Source of the DNA: Acidimicrobiales bacterium
GTDB lineage: Bacteria; Actinomycetota; Acidimicrobiia; Acidimicrobiales; Iamiaceae
NCBI GenBank assembly: GCA_038253965.1
Contig: JBBSGQ010000001.1
Location: 1 to 36,168, forward strand
Direction of reading: 5' to 3'
Length of the DNA: 36,168 bases
This document shows positions 9,347 to 19,778 of the stretch, in pieces; position 1 is the stretch's first letter; every line of letters starts with the position of its first letter. The notes beneath the pieces are model-generated. The model had not been told where the DNA came from. It did not search any database and worked only from the letters and a program-made list of their open reading frames with translations. The position numbers and the translations under genes are program-made.

Positions 9347-10681
9347 GTGCCTGCGACGATCGTCGTCGGCACCCAGTGGGGCGACGAGGGAAAAGGCAAG
9401 TTCACCGACCTCGTCGCCAAGGAGATGAACCTGGTCGTCCGGTATCAGGGCGGCCACAACGCAGGTCACACCATCGTCGTGAACGGTGAGACCTTCGCTC
9501 TCCAGCTGGTGCCGAGCGGAATCCTGTACGACCACATAGTTCCGGTCATCGGCAACGGCGTCGTCGTGGATCCCACGGTGCTCTTGGCCGAGATGGACGT
9601 GCTGACCGCAAAAGGGGTCGACTGCTCGCGGCTCAAGCTGAGCGGCAACGCTCACCTCATCCTGCCGTATCACCAGGAATTGGACAGGCTCACCGAACGC
9701 CGGCTCGGAAGCCGCAAGCTCGGCACGACGAAACGCGGCATCGGTCCTGCGTATGCCGACAAGGCATCGCGAGTTGGCATACGCGTCCAGGACCTGCTCG
9801 ATCCCAAGATCTTCCGGGCGAAGCTCGACGTCGTGCTCAAGGAGAAGAACCAAGTCCTGGCCAAGGTCTTCAATCAGCTTCCTCTCGATGCCGACGAGAT
9901 CGCTCACCAGTACCTCGAGATCTGCCGGCCTCGTCTCGAACCGCATATCGCCGACACGGTGAACCTGGTGCACGACGCTCTCGATGCCGGCCAGCACGTG
10001 TTGCTCGAAGGAGCCCAGGCCACCTTCCTCGATCTGGACCACGGCACGTATCCCTTCGTGACGTCGTCCAATCCTGTGGCCGGTGGGGCGTGCAGCGGCG
10101 CAGGCATCGGCCCACGGTTCATCGATCGCGTCATAGGTGTCGCGAAGGCGTACGTCACCCGGGTCGGCACCGGTCCGTTCCCTACCGAGCTCGCCATCTC
10201 CGGCGAAGCGATCGGCGGCAAGCCTGCAGAGGACGTGTCCGAGGAGGAGATCCGCCTGGGCGATCACTTCGTCGATGTCGGCCACGAGTACGGCACGAAC
10301 AGCGGGCGACGCCGCCGGCCTGGATGGTTCGACGCGGTGATGCTGCGCCACGCCGTACGGCTCAACTCGTTGTCAGAGCTGGCGATCACCAAGCTCGACG
10401 TGCTCGACACCCTCGACACCGTCAAGGTCTGCGTCGCCTATGACGTCGACGGTCGGTGCTTCGAGCATCTGCCGTACCACCAATCGGACCTGCATGCCGC
10501 CCAACCCGTCTATGAGGAGCTACCGGGTTGGCATGTCGATCTCAGTGAGGCGACCGAAGCGCACCACTTGCCTGCCGCAGCCCACCGCTACCTCGACTTC
10601 CTCGAAGCGCAGGTCGGAGTTCCGATCCGCCTCGTCGGCACCGGCCCGGGTCGTGACCAGTTCGTCCACCGGCGGGACTGA
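9347..10681 (+). CDS. purA: Adenylosuccinate synthase
   Basis: [16 protein letters not shown]..., GGHNAGHT and [10 protein letters not shown] motifs. GTG start with GAAGGAGG upstream. Confidence 0.95.
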   Translation: MPATIVVGTQWGDEGKGKFTDLVAKEMNLVVRYQGGHNAGHTIVVNGETFALQLVPSGILYDHIVPVIGNGVVVDPTVLLAEMDVLTAKGVDCSRLKLSGNAHLILPYHQELDRLTERRLGSRKLGTTKRGIGPAYADKASRVGIRVQDLLDPKIFRAKLDVVLKEKNQVLAKVFNQLPLDADEIAHQYLEICRPRLEPHIADTVNLVHDALDAGQHVLLEGAQATFLDLDHGTYPFVTSSNPVAGGACSGAGIGPRFIDRVIGVAKAYVTRVGTGPFPTELAISGEAIGGKPAEDVSEEEIRLGDHFVDVGHEYGTNSGRRRRPGWFDAVMLRHAVRLNSLSELAITKLDVLDTLDTVKVCVAYDVDGRCFEHLPYHQSDLHAAQPVYEELPGWHVDLSEATEAHHLPAAAHRYLDFLEAQVGVPIRLVGTGPGRDQFVHRRD

Positions 10682-10686
10682 GCGAC

Positions 10687-11922
10687 GTGCGGGTCTGTGT
10701 GGTCGGCAGTGGAGGCCGCGAGCACGCGCTCGCATCAGTGCTCGGCCGCACGGCCGATGTTGTAGTCGCGCCCGGCAACCCCGCGATACCTGGTGCAGTG
10801 GCTTCGAGGCCTGAAGAGATCGACGCCGACTTGTTCGTGATCGGCCCTGAGCAACCCTTGGTCGACGGACTCGCCGACCGGTTGCGGTCGGCCGGTCGAC
10901 TGGTCTTCGGTCCTGGCGCCGACGGCGCCCGCCTCGAAGGATCAAAGGCGTTCATGAAGGAGATGCTCGTCCGGGCAGGCGTACCAACCGCTCGGCACGG
11001 TGCATTCACCGAAGTGGAGCCAGCGGTCGCGTTCCTACAGACCATGCCCGGTCCTTGGGTGGTCAAGACCGACGGTCTCGCCGCCGGCAAGGGGGTTTTG
11101 GTCGCCGAGACCCTCGCCGAAGCAGTCGCCGATGTGCGGGCCAAGCTGTCCGGCCAGGCGTTCGGCGGTGCGGGGCGCAAAGTGGTCATCGAAGAGGGTC
11201 TGCGCGGTGCCGAGCTCTCGGTGTTCGCAGTCTGTGACGGCAGCCGAGCGGTGATGCTCACCCCGGCTCGGGACTACAAGCGCGTAGGCGACGGCGATTC
11301 CGGCCCGAACACCGGCGGGATGGGTGCGTACACCCCCGTACCGGACGCGGATGCCGATGTGGTCGACGAGGTCCGGCGCACGATGATCGAGCCCACACTT
11401 GCCGCGTTGCAAGCGCAGGGGATCGACTACCGGGGCGTGCTGTACGCCGGCCTGATGTTGACGTCGGAGGGTCCGAAGATGATCGAGTACAACGTCCGCT
11501 TCGGTGACCCGGAAGCCCAGGTCGTCCTACCTGGGATCGAGAGCGACCTCGCTGGCCTGCTGGCCGAAGCGGCCGTCGGCGGGCTGAGCTCCCGCCCGAC
11601 GTTCTCCGACGACGCGCTGGTCACCGTCGTGTGCGCCACCGAGGGGTATCCGGAGGCGCCTCGAAGCGGCGACGTCATCGAGGGGATCGCGGACGCAGAG
11701 GCACTCGACGGCGTAGACGTCTTCTGTGCCGGCGTGGCCTTCGGTGGCGAAGGCCGCCTGGTCACGGCCGGCGGCCGCGTCTTGTGTGTCACCGGGCGAG
11801 CGGCGACGCTTGCCGGTGCCCGTGCTCGTGCTTACGCAGGCGCCGGATGCATCACCTGGCCCGGCGCCCACCATCGGTCCGACATCGCAGTTGATGCTTT
11901 CGAAAGGGGAGGTCGTCCATGA
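10687..11922 (+). CDS. purD: Phosphoribosylamine--glycine ligase (GAR synthetase)
   Basis: [16 protein letters not shown]...[13 protein letters not shown]...[10 protein letters not shown]: ATP-grasp PurD signature. Starts 5 nt after the purA stop. Confidence 0.95.
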   Translation: MRVCVVGSGGREHALASVLGRTADVVVAPGNPAIPGAVASRPEEIDADLFVIGPEQPLVDGLADRLRSAGRLVFGPGADGARLEGSKAFMKEMLVRAGVPTARHGAFTEVEPAVAFLQTMPGPWVVKTDGLAAGKGVLVAETLAEAVADVRAKLSGQAFGGAGRKVVIEEGLRGAELSVFAVCDGSRAVMLTPARDYKRVGDGDSGPNTGGMGAYTPVPDADADVVDEVRRTMIEPTLAALQAQGIDYRGVLYAGLMLTSEGPKMIEYNVRFGDPEAQVVLPGIESDLAGLLAEAAVGGLSSRPTFSDDALVTVVCATEGYPEAPRSGDVIEGIADAEALDGVDVFCAGVAFGGEGRLVTAGGRVLCVTGRAATLAGARARAYAGAGCITWPGAHHRSDIAVDAFERGGRP

Positions 11923-12371
11923 AGGTCGCAGTGTTGATGGGGTCGCCCAACGACATGTCGAAGATGCAGCCGGCCGCCGATACGTTGGCGCAGTTCGACA
12001 TCGAGGCCGACGTGCGGGTGATGTCCGCCCACCGCACGCCGGCAGAGGTGGCGACGTTCGCCGCTGCGGCGCGAGAGGACGGATACGGCGCGGTGATCTG
12101 CGGTGCTGGCATGGCCGCTCACCTCGCCGGCGCGGTCGCGGCCCACACCACGCTCCCGGTCATCGGGGTGCCGCTGTCGGGCGGCGCTCTCAACGGCGTA
12201 GACGCGCTCTACGCCACCGTCCAGATGCCGCGAGGCGTCCCAGTGGCGACGGTGGCGGTGGACGGCGCGGTCAACGCGGCGCTGCTCGCCGTGCAGATGC
12301 TGGCCATCGGCGACTCGGGTCTGGCTGACCGGCTCGCCGAGGACCGCCTGGAACGTGCGGGCGCCACCTGA
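11919..12371 (+). CDS. purE: N5-carboxyaminoimidazole ribonucleotide mutase (class I PurE)
   Basis: VLMGSPNDM...VMSAHRTP...[10 protein letters not shown]...PVIGVP: class I PurE motifs. ATGA start/stop overlap with purD; SD GGGGAGG. Confidence 0.95.
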   Translation: MKVAVLMGSPNDMSKMQPAADTLAQFDIEADVRVMSAHRTPAEVATFAAAAREDGYGAVICGAGMAAHLAGAVAAHTTLPVIGVPLSGGALNGVDALYATVQMPRGVPVATVAVDGAVNAALLAVQMLAIGDSGLADRLAEDRLERAGAT

Positions 12372-12413
12372 AACGGTCGGGGTCGGGTGAGCGGGTCAAA
12401 GTACTGTCTGACC

Positions 12414-13838
12414 GTGAAGCCGACGGTCTTGAACGTGCTCGCCGCCCGGTATGCCAGCGACGAGATGACCAAGCTCTGGTCGGTCGAACACAAGATCGTG
12501 CTGGAGCGCGAGCTGTGGATGGCGGTGCTCCGAGCCCAGAGGGATCTGGGGGTCGATGTCCCTGAGCAGGTGGTAGCCGACTACGCGGCGGTGGTCGATC
12601 GTGTGGATCTGGCCTCGATCGCCGAGCGCGAGCGCGTCTCGCGCCATGACGTCAAGGCCAGGATCGAGGAGTTCTCGGCGTTGGCCGGTCATGAACACAT
12701 CCACAAAGGGATGACCTCGCGCGATCTGACCGAGAACGTGGAGCAGCTCCAAGTGCGGCGATCGCTCATCCTCGTCCGGGCTCGGATGGTCGCCGTGCTC
12801 GCCCGCCTCGCCGAACGAGCTGCCGAACACGCGACGACGGTGCTGACCGGTCGCAGCCACAACGTGCCCGCTCAAGCGACGACGCTCGGCAAGCGCTTCG
12901 CCGACTGCGGTCAGGAGTTGTTGCTCGCGCTGGACAGGATCGACGACCTTGTCGACCGGTACCCGTTGCGCGGGATCAAGGGCCCGGTGGGCACTCAGCA
13001 AGACATGCTCGATCTCCTGGGCTCGCCCGAAGCGGTGCAAGAGCTCGAGTCGGCGGTGGCGGGCCATCTCGGGTTCGACGTCGTGTTGTCGAGCGTGGGC
13101 CAGGTGTACCCGCGTTCGCTCGATCTCGACGTGGTAGCTGCGCTGGTGCAGACTGCGTCGGGCCCATCGAGCTTGGCCCTCACGATCCGCCTCATGGCCG
13201 GCCACGAGTTGGCCACTGAAGGTTTCCAACCTGGTCAGGTCGGCTCGTCGGCGATGCCCCACAAGATGAACACCCGGTCCTGTGAGCGGATCAACGGGCT
13301 GAAGGTCGTGTTGGGCGGTCACCTCGCGATGATCACGTCCCTGGCCGGAGCGCAGTGGAACGAAGGGGACGTGAGCTGCTCTGTCGTGCGGCGGGTGGCC
13401 CTGCCCGACGCGTTCTTCGCCGTCGACGGACTGTTCGAGACGTTCCTCACCGTGCTCGCAGATTTCGGTGCCTACCCCGCGGTCATCGACCGCGAGCTGC
13501 GCCGGTACCTTCCCTTCCTCACCACCACGAAGGTCCTCATCGCGGCCGTCCGCAGCGGGGTCGGCCGAGAGACTGCTCACGAGATCATCAAGGAGCACGC
13601 GGTCGCGGCGGCGCTGGAGATGCGGGAGAAGGCGATGGACGGCAACGATCTCCTCGACCGCCTGGCCGCCGATGCGCGCCTCGGTCTGAGCGGCGAGAGG
13701 ATCGCTGCGCTCGTTGCAGAGCCGCTCTCGTTCGTCGGCACCGCGCAGGCCCAGATCCGCCAGTTCGTCTCGGTGGTCGAAGAGATCGCCAAGGCCGACC
13801 CGGACGCGGCTGCATACAGCCCGGCTCCGGTCATCTGA
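12414..13838 (+). CDS. purB: Adenylosuccinate lyase
   Basis: VLAARYAS.EM..LWS..., ...GSSAMPHKMNTRSCE (fumarate-lyase signature). GTG 12414 gives a typical ~474 aa length; GTG 12387 is the alternative. Confidence 0.9.
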   Translation: MKPTVLNVLAARYASDEMTKLWSVEHKIVLERELWMAVLRAQRDLGVDVPEQVVADYAAVVDRVDLASIAERERVSRHDVKARIEEFSALAGHEHIHKGMTSRDLTENVEQLQVRRSLILVRARMVAVLARLAERAAEHATTVLTGRSHNVPAQATTLGKRFADCGQELLLALDRIDDLVDRYPLRGIKGPVGTQQDMLDLLGSPEAVQELESAVAGHLGFDVVLSSVGQVYPRSLDLDVVAALVQTASGPSSLALTIRLMAGHELATEGFQPGQVGSSAMPHKMNTRSCERINGLKVVLGGHLAMITSLAGAQWNEGDVSCSVVRRVALPDAFFAVDGLFETFLTVLADFGAYPAVIDRELRRYLPFLTTTKVLIAAVRSGVGRETAHEIIKEHAVAAALEMREKAMDGNDLLDRLAADARLGLSGERIAALVAEPLSFVGTAQAQIRQFVSVVEEIAKADPDAAAYSPAPVI

Positions 13839-13889
13839 GCGACCGCAGGCCTGGCCGGGCGCGCCCTGCCCGCCGGGTAGATTCCGTGC

Positions 13890-14780
13890 ATGGCCACGGT
13901 TCCGCTGCCGCACATGTACTCCGGCAAGGTGCGCGACATCTACGACGCGGGTGAGGGTCGGTTGCTGATGGTCACGTCGGACCGCATCTCGGCGTTCGAT
14001 GTCGTCATGGCCGAACGAGTTCCCGACAAGGGACGAATCCTCACTGCGATGTCGGAGTTCTGGTTCGACCAGATGCGAGACATCGTCGACAACCACCTCC
14101 TCTCGACTGATCTGGCGGCCCTGCCCGAGAGCGCACGGGACCCGGAGCTGGCCGGGCGGGTGATGCTGTGTCGCCAGGCCGAGATGCTTCCGGTCGAGTG
14201 CATAGTGCGCGGCTACCTCACCGGCTCGGCGTGGAAGGAGTACCGCACGAACGGCACCATGCATGGCGCGTCGATGCCGCCCGGTCTGCTCGAGTCGTCC
14301 CAGCTGCCGGAACCGTTGTTCACGCCGTCCACCAAGGCTGATGTCGGCGACCACGACGTCAACATCTCCTTCGAGGATGCGGTCCAGCTGATCGGGCACG
14401 AGCTAGCTAGCTCGGTTCGGGACATGAGCGTCGAGATCTATCGCCGAGCGGCCGGATGGGCGGCTGAGCGCGGCATCATCATCGCTGACACGAAGTTCGA
14501 GTTCGGCATGATCGACGGCGGGCCCGTACTGGCCGACGAGGTGCTCACCCCCGACTCGTCGCGCTTCTGGCCGGTCGATCAGTGGGAGCCTGGCTCGACT
14601 CCGCCGAGCTTCGACAAGCAACCCGTCCGGGATTTCCTCGACGGATTGACCTGGGACAAGTCACCGCCACCCCCTGCGCTGCCGGCCGACGTCGTGGCTG
14701 CGAGCGGGCAGCGCTACGTCGAGGCCTACGAGCGGATCACCGGGCGCACGTTCGCCGACTGGCCAGGCGCGTACACGTGA
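13890..14780 (+). CDS. purC: Phosphoribosylaminoimidazole-succinocarboxamide synthase (SAICAR synthetase)
   Basis: YSGKVRDIY......LLMVTSDRISAFD...IIADTKFEFG...LADEVLTPDSSRFW: long actinobacterial-type PurC. Confidence 0.95.
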   Translation: MATVPLPHMYSGKVRDIYDAGEGRLLMVTSDRISAFDVVMAERVPDKGRILTAMSEFWFDQMRDIVDNHLLSTDLAALPESARDPELAGRVMLCRQAEMLPVECIVRGYLTGSAWKEYRTNGTMHGASMPPGLLESSQLPEPLFTPSTKADVGDHDVNISFEDAVQLIGHELASSVRDMSVEIYRRAAGWAAERGIIIADTKFEFGMIDGGPVLADEVLTPDSSRFWPVDQWEPGSTPPSFDKQPVRDFLDGLTWDKSPPPPALPADVVAASGQRYVEAYERITGRTFADWPGAYT

Positions 14781-14795
14781 GCTGATTCGTGCGGG

Positions 14796-15224
14796 TCAGT
14801 GGTTGGCCTTGTTGTCGAGCCACGTCCCGACGACAAGCGACAAGAACTCGGGCTGCGCCTGGAACCCGAGCGAGGCGTAGAGCGCCCGCGCGTCGCTGGT
14901 CTGCAGACCGATGTGCTGGCCGGGCACCTGCGCCATCAGCGAGCGAACCATCGACGAGGCGATGCCTTGTCTGCGGTACGACGACATCGTCCACATGTCG
15001 AGCAGGTAGGCGTTGCAGACGCCGTCGGAGAGCAGGCGTGCCATGCCGACGAGGCAGTCACCGACGTGCGCCATGGCGACGTGCTGGGACTGTTGGAACG
15101 ATCGTCGTAGAGCCTGAGCTGATCGGCCGTTGTCGAAGTCGTCGGCGGCGAGATCGGCCTTCGCTCGGGCCCGATCGATGGTCGCCAGCGAATCGTCGAT
15201 GTGCACATGCATGGCCTCAAGCAT
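14796..15224 (-). CDS. GNAT family N-acetyltransferase
   Basis: Only the C-terminal 142 codons of ORF 14796..15773 look coding. They carry acetyl-CoA motif A (...YRRQGIASSMV...) and ...ALYASLGF. The upstream part of that ORF is antisense to purS. It is convergent with purC with a 15-bp gap. Confidence 0.8.
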   Translation of the reverse strand: MLEAMHVHIDDSLATIDRARAKADLAADDFDNGRSAQALRRSFQQSQHVAMAHVGDCLVGMARLLSDGVCNAYLLDMWTMSSYRRQGIASSMVRSLMAQVPGQHIGLQTSDARALYASLGFQAQPEFLSLVVGTWLDNKANH

Positions 15225-15351
15225 GACTGTTGCGAACGCAGAGATCCCGCATGGCCACTGGTGTGACGGATCTGACCCCCCTCGAGTCAGCAACGGTTGG
15301 GCGGGCGGGAACAAGCACCGGCGCGTCGAGGCGATGTGCGACCATGGGTCA

Positions 15352-15612
15352 ATGGTGTTCTCGGTGCAGGTGGAGGTGTCGCTGCGCGTCGGCGTCGCTG
15401 ATCCGCAGGGCGCGACGATCGAGCGTTCCTTGCCGACACTGGGCTTCACCGGTGTGCGTGACGTCCGTGTCGGCAAGTCGATCCGGTTCACGCTCGAGGC
15501 GCCCGATGAGGCGACAGCTCGAACGCAGGTGCAAGATCTCTGCTCGCGATTCCTCAGCAACCCCGTGATCGAGGATGCGCAGATCACGCTGCAGGCAACC
15601 GCGGACGTCTGA
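15352..15612 (+). CDS. purS: Phosphoribosylformylglycinamidine synthase subunit PurS
   Basis: 86-aa product MVFSVQVEVSLRVGVADPQGATIERSL..LGF..V..VRVGK...NPVIED, characteristic of PurS. The longer ORF from 15130 is an upstream extension. Confidence 0.9.
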   Translation: MVFSVQVEVSLRVGVADPQGATIERSLPTLGFTGVRDVRVGKSIRFTLEAPDEATARTQVQDLCSRFLSNPVIEDAQITLQATADV

Positions 15613-16295
15613 TGGCTCCCAGAGTCGGTGTGCTCCTCTTCCCGGGATCGAATTGCGAGGCCGATGTCGTCGAGGCACTGCGCGTCGTCGGCGGTGAGGC
15701 GGAGATCGTTTGGCACGGAGACTCCGACCTGCATGGAGTAGACGCGGTGGTCGTGCCCGGCGGGTTCGCGCACGGTGACTATTTGCGTCCCGGCGCGATT
15801 GCTCGGTTCTCACCGATAATGACAGCCGTGTCAGACTTCGCCGCGAGCGGGGGCTCAGTGGTCGGTATCTGCAACGGGTTTCAGATTCTGACCGAAGCTG
15901 GCATCCTGCCCGGGGCACTTCAGAAGAATCGTGGACTCAGGTTTCTGTGTCAGATGGCAGGGGTGAGGGTTGATTCAACCAATTCCACTCTGACCTCATT
16001 GTCGACCCCGGGAACCGTCTTGCGGATTCCGATCAATCACTTCGAAGGCAACTACACGTGCTCAGCCGAGACGCTGGCCGAGCTGCAAGCGGAGGAGCGA
16101 GTGATCCTGCGTTATGTGGGCAATCCCAACGGCTCGGTCGACGACATCGCCGGCATAACGAACAGGGCCCGGAACGTCGTTGGGCTCATGCCGCACCCGG
16201 AGCGAGCGAGCAACTCTCTGATCGGTTCGGCCGACGGCTTGACGCTCATGCGCTCGCTGCTCGAGACGGCCGCTCTCAGTCTCCCGCTCGGCTGA
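15612..16295 (+). CDS. purQ: Phosphoribosylformylglycinamidine synthase glutaminase subunit PurQ
   Basis: VGVLLFPGSNCE.D......VVPGGF.HGDYLR.GAIA...GICNGFQIL...MPHPER: class I glutamine amidotransferase triad. TGATG 1-nt overlap with purS. Confidence 0.95.
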   Translation: MAPRVGVLLFPGSNCEADVVEALRVVGGEAEIVWHGDSDLHGVDAVVVPGGFAHGDYLRPGAIARFSPIMTAVSDFAASGGSVVGICNGFQILTEAGILPGALQKNRGLRFLCQMAGVRVDSTNSTLTSLSTPGTVLRIPINHFEGNYTCSAETLAELQAEERVILRYVGNPNGSVDDIAGITNRARNVVGLMPHPERASNSLIGSADGLTLMRSLLETAALSLPLG

Positions 16296-16692
16296 TCCCG
16301 GCAGCCTTGAGAGTTGCCGCCGGAACGCCAGCTTCGCGCCAGGCGAAGTACGAAATGCCCTTGCGTTCGCTATAGGGCTTTGCCGAGGCTACGAATTCAT
16401 GCTCCAAGCTGCCAAGATCGATCCGGTTGGTGGCCGAGGACAGTTCGGACTCCAGATCGAGCCGTTCTTGGCGGAGTTGCAGACGCTTCACCGGGTCGGC
16501 GGTCTGAAGGTCAGCGCCGATACGATCGAGCCGCTTCTTCATCGAATCTGGCGTTCGCTTCCGGCCTCGCTTGGGCTTGTGTGCTTCGAGTGCTTCGAGA
16601 TAACGGCGAACGGCCCGGCCCTGCGCACGGCCCTCAGCCAAAGCGGCTTTGTGGGCATCGGACATGCCTGCGGACTTCTTTCTGGGAGCCAT
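16276..16692 (-). CDS. Hypothetical basic coiled-coil protein
   Basis: 138 aa from ATG 16692: MAPRKKSAGMSDAHKAALAEGRAQGRAVRRYLEAL...KRGRKRTP..., a central heptad-like segment, and the C-terminal ...GISYFAWREAGVPAATLKAAGI. Good GC3 bias. I cannot name a domain. Its 3' end overlaps the purQ 3' end by 20 nt. Confidence 0.6.
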   Translation of the reverse strand: MAPRKKSAGMSDAHKAALAEGRAQGRAVRRYLEALEAHKPKRGRKRTPDSMKKRLDRIGADLQTADPVKRLQLRQERLDLESELSSATNRIDLGSLEHEFVASAKPYSERKGISYFAWREAGVPAATLKAAGISRAGD

Positions 16693-16843
16693 GTCCATAG
16701 GCAAGCACATGCCTAGGAGTAAGACAAGGCGGCGGAGGCTGAAATTGCCCATAGGAAGACGCCCATTTACCTGAATGCGTTTGTCCTCCGACCCCGGTTG
16801 TCCATGTGAGCCGGCGACACCGGGTGACCGCTACGGTGGCCGC

Positions 16844-19099
16844 GTGACCTCTTCGGAACCTGGGGCCGTTGCCGTTGCGGTCCACCGGGCGCTAGGGCTC
16901 ACGGATGCTGAGCTGGACGAGATCCACAGCATCCTCGGCCGCGAGCCGAATCATCTCGAGTTGGCCATGTACTCGGTGATGTGGTCGGAGCACTGTTCCT
17001 ACAAATCCTCCCGGATCCACCTGAGACGCCTTCCGACCAGCGGTGAGCAGGTACTGGTCGGACCCGGGGAGAACGCAGGTGTCATGGACATGGGTGACGG
17101 CATCGCCGCAGCGATACGTATCGAGAGCCACAACCACCCGTCATCCATCGAGCCGTATCAGGGAGCGGCCACCGGGGTTGGAGGGATCCTGCGTGACATC
17201 TTCACGATGGGAGCCCGGCCGATCGCGGTGATGGACCCGCTGCGGTTCGGCCCGCTCGACGACCCCCGGAGCCGGTGGGTGGCTGAAGGGGTGGTGTCCG
17301 GCATCTCCGGCTATGGCAACTCCGTAGGTGTGCCGACGGTCGGCGGTGAGGTCGTGTTCGACGAGTGCTACCGCGGCAACCCTCTCGTGAACGTGTTGTG
17401 CCTCGGCATCCTGCCGGTCGAACGGCTGGTGCTCGGGCAGGCCTCTGGTGTGGGCAACCTGGCTGTGCTGCTCGGATCGTCCACAGGGCGAGACGGCATC
17501 GGCGGAGTGAGCGTCCTTGCCTCGGCTGGCTTCGACGAAGGCGACGAGACCAAGCGGCCCTCGGTGCAGGTCGGAGACCCGTTCGAGGAGAAGCGTCTCA
17601 TCGAGGCTTGCCTGACGCTGCTCGACGCCGGGCTGGTCGTCGGCATCCAGGACCTGGGCGGAGCGGGTCTGACCTGCGCGGCCAGCGAGACGGCCTCGCG
17701 CGGAGGTGTCGGCATGGACTTCGACGTGTCGGTGGTGCCGCGTCGGGAGCACGGGATGGCCGCCTTCGAGGTGATGACCTCGGAGTCCCAGGAGCGCATG
17801 CTGGCCATCGTCACCCCTGAGGGCCTCAACGAGGTGTTCCGGCTGTGCGAGCGGTGGGAGGTCCGGGCAACGGTGGTCGGAAGGGTCACCGCGCCGGCCG
17901 GTCCCGGAGGTGGTCGTCTGCGGATCCTCGATGGCTTCGATGGGGAGGTCCTGGCCGACGTGCCGGCCTCCAGCCTCCACGAATCCGCCCCGCTCTATGA
18001 CCGACCCCGGGCCGAGCCGGCGGATCGACCTCGACGCATCCGAGATGATCCGGGAGCGCCGGATCGCGAATCATGTGGTGACGTGCTGTTGGACCTGCTG
18101 TGTGACACGTCGTGGATCTCGTCGCAGTACGACCACCAGCTCTTCCTGAACACTGTCGAGGGTCCCGGCGGTGATGCCGTGGTCCTCAGGTTGAAGCACC
18201 CGTCGACCGGGGTCGACACAGGCCGAGGCCTGGCGCTCACCACTGACGGCAACCACCGCTGGTGCGCGCTCGACCCACGCCTCGGTACGGCGCTCACCGT
18301 TGCCGAGTCGGTGCTGAACCTGGCCTGCGTCGGCGCCCGTCCGATAGCCGTCGTGAACTGTCTCAACTTCGGCAACCCGGAGCATCCCGAGGTGATGTGG
18401 CAGCTGTCCGAGGCGATCGACGGACTGGCCGATGCATGCCGTGCCCTCGGCTTGCCGGTGATCGGTGGAAACGTCAGCCTCTACAACGAGTCCCGAGGAG
18501 TCGACATCGACCCGACCCCGGTGGTCGGTCTGTTGGGGGTCGTCGATCGCCTCGTCCGGCGTCCACCGGGAGTAGGTCTAGTCGATGGCCACTGCGTGGT
18601 CGTGCTCGGCCGCGTGCCGGCCAGCCCGGCCGACGCGAGCCTTGCCGGATCCGCATGGGCATGGTCTGTCGGACGCAGGGGCGGTGCGCTGCCGCTGCTC
18701 GACCTGGTAGCGCACACCCGCTTGGCCGGTCTGGTCCGGGATCTCGCAGCCGAGGGTGAGTTGAGCGGCGCCCACGACGTGGCCTCCGGGGGGCTGGGTC
18801 TCGCCCTCGCTGAGATGGCCGTGAGGTCGGGCGTCGGGTTTCGCGTGACCGGCGTTCCCGGGATGTCCGAGCTGTTCACGGAAGCTCCGTCACGGGTGGT
18901 CGTGTCGGTCGCCTCTGATCGGGTGCGGGCGCTGCAGGACCGAGCTGAGCGGGCCGGCGTCGGGTTCGTCGAGCTCGGGAGCGCAGCCGGTGATCGTCTC
19001 GTCGTCGATGGGTTGATGGACGTGGCTCTCGCCGACGCCACAGCTGCGTGGCGGGACCGGCTCCCGTCCGCTCTCGGGCACGGCGCCAGCCAAGCTTGA
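16844..19099 (+). CDS. purL: Phosphoribosylformylglycinamidine synthase subunit PurL
   Basis: ...[24 protein letters not shown]...[24 protein letters not shown]...: small PurL. GTG 16844 gives ~751 aa; the ORF opens at 16775. Confidence 0.95.
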   Translation: MTSSEPGAVAVAVHRALGLTDAELDEIHSILGREPNHLELAMYSVMWSEHCSYKSSRIHLRRLPTSGEQVLVGPGENAGVMDMGDGIAAAIRIESHNHPSSIEPYQGAATGVGGILRDIFTMGARPIAVMDPLRFGPLDDPRSRWVAEGVVSGISGYGNSVGVPTVGGEVVFDECYRGNPLVNVLCLGILPVERLVLGQASGVGNLAVLLGSSTGRDGIGGVSVLASAGFDEGDETKRPSVQVGDPFEEKRLIEACLTLLDAGLVVGIQDLGGAGLTCAASETASRGGVGMDFDVSVVPRREHGMAAFEVMTSESQERMLAIVTPEGLNEVFRLCERWEVRATVVGRVTAPAGPGGGRLRILDGFDGEVLADVPASSLHESAPLYDRPRAEPADRPRRIRDDPGAPDRESCGDVLLDLLCDTSWISSQYDHQLFLNTVEGPGGDAVVLRLKHPSTGVDTGRGLALTTDGNHRWCALDPRLGTALTVAESVLNLACVGARPIAVVNCLNFGNPEHPEVMWQLSEAIDGLADACRALGLPVIGGNVSLYNESRGVDIDPTPVVGLLGVVDRLVRRPPGVGLVDGHCVVVLGRVPASPADASLAGSAWAWSVGRRGGALPLLDLVAHTRLAGLVRDLAAEGELSGAHDVASGGLGLALAEMAVRSGVGFRVTGVPGMSELFTEAPSRVVVSVASDRVRALQDRAERAGVGFVELGSAAGDRLVVDGLMDVALADATAAWRDRLPSALGHGASQA

Positions 19100-19181
19100 C
19101 GCTGGCTCTCCGCCAGTGGCGCACGGCGCCCAGCCCACACCGGGGCCTTCTCGTCGCGGATCCTGCGCCGGCGAGCAGATG

Positions 19182-19778
19182 TCAAAGAGAGAAGCCAGCG
19201 GTCGCCAGCATCGGCCGCAGCGTGTGGAGCGGGAGGCCGACGACGTTGGTGAACGAGCCATGGAGTCGGGTGATGAAGATGCCGGCGACACCCTGGATGC
19301 CGTAGGCGCCGGCCTTGTCCCGATGGTCACCGCTGGCGACGTACCAGTCGATCTCGGCATCATCCAACGCACCGACGGTCACCCACGTCTCCTCGACCGC
19401 AGTCGCAACCCGCTGATCGACGCACACCGCCACGCCCGTGACCACACGGTGCGAACGACCCGACAACAGCCGGAGCATCCGGCGAGCGTCGTCATCGTCG
19501 GACGGCTTGCCGAGCACGTCGTCGTCGACTGCAACGATCGTGTCGGCGCCGATGACGACAGTGCCCGGCGGCTGGTTTTCGGCGACCGTCTGGGCCTTCC
19601 CGATCGCCAGCCGGACCACAAGGCGCTCGGCCGGCTCTCCGTCTCGACCCGTCTCGTCGATGTCGGCCGGCTCCACGGTGAACTGCCAACCGAACAGGCG
19701 GAGCAATTGCTCCCGACGCTGTGACGCTGATGCGAGGACGAGCGTCGGACGGTCCGACGGTGGCGGTCGATCAACCAC
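19182..19778 (-). CDS. maf: Maf-like nucleoside triphosphate pyrophosphatase
   Basis: LVLASASQRR.QLL.........DIDE....P......LA..KA......VIGADT.V.....LGKP.......ML..LSGR.H.V.TGV...KAGAYGIQG. GTG 19778 gives ~198 aa and overlaps the dus stop by 8 nt; ATG 19829 is the alternative. Confidence 0.85.
   Translation of the reverse strand: MVDRPPPSDRPTLVLASASQRREQLLRLFGWQFTVEPADIDETGRDGEPAERLVVRLAIGKAQTVAENQPPGTVVIGADTIVAVDDDVLGKPSDDDDARRMLRLLSGRSHRVVTGVAVCVDQRVATAVEETWVTVGALDDAEIDWYVASGDHRDKAGAYGIQGVAGIFITRLHGSFTNVVGLPLHTLRPMLATAGFSL

Noticed and set aside
12396-14399. 667-aa minus-strand ORF
   Set aside because: It is antisense to purB and purC, whose identities are unambiguous. The product is Arg/Asp/His-rich and unstructured-looking.
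14796-15773. Full 325-aa ORF as a single gene
   Set aside because: Only the last 142 codons carry GNAT motifs. The N-terminal 183 codons run antisense through purS and the start of purQ, so the gene was trimmed to ATG 15224.
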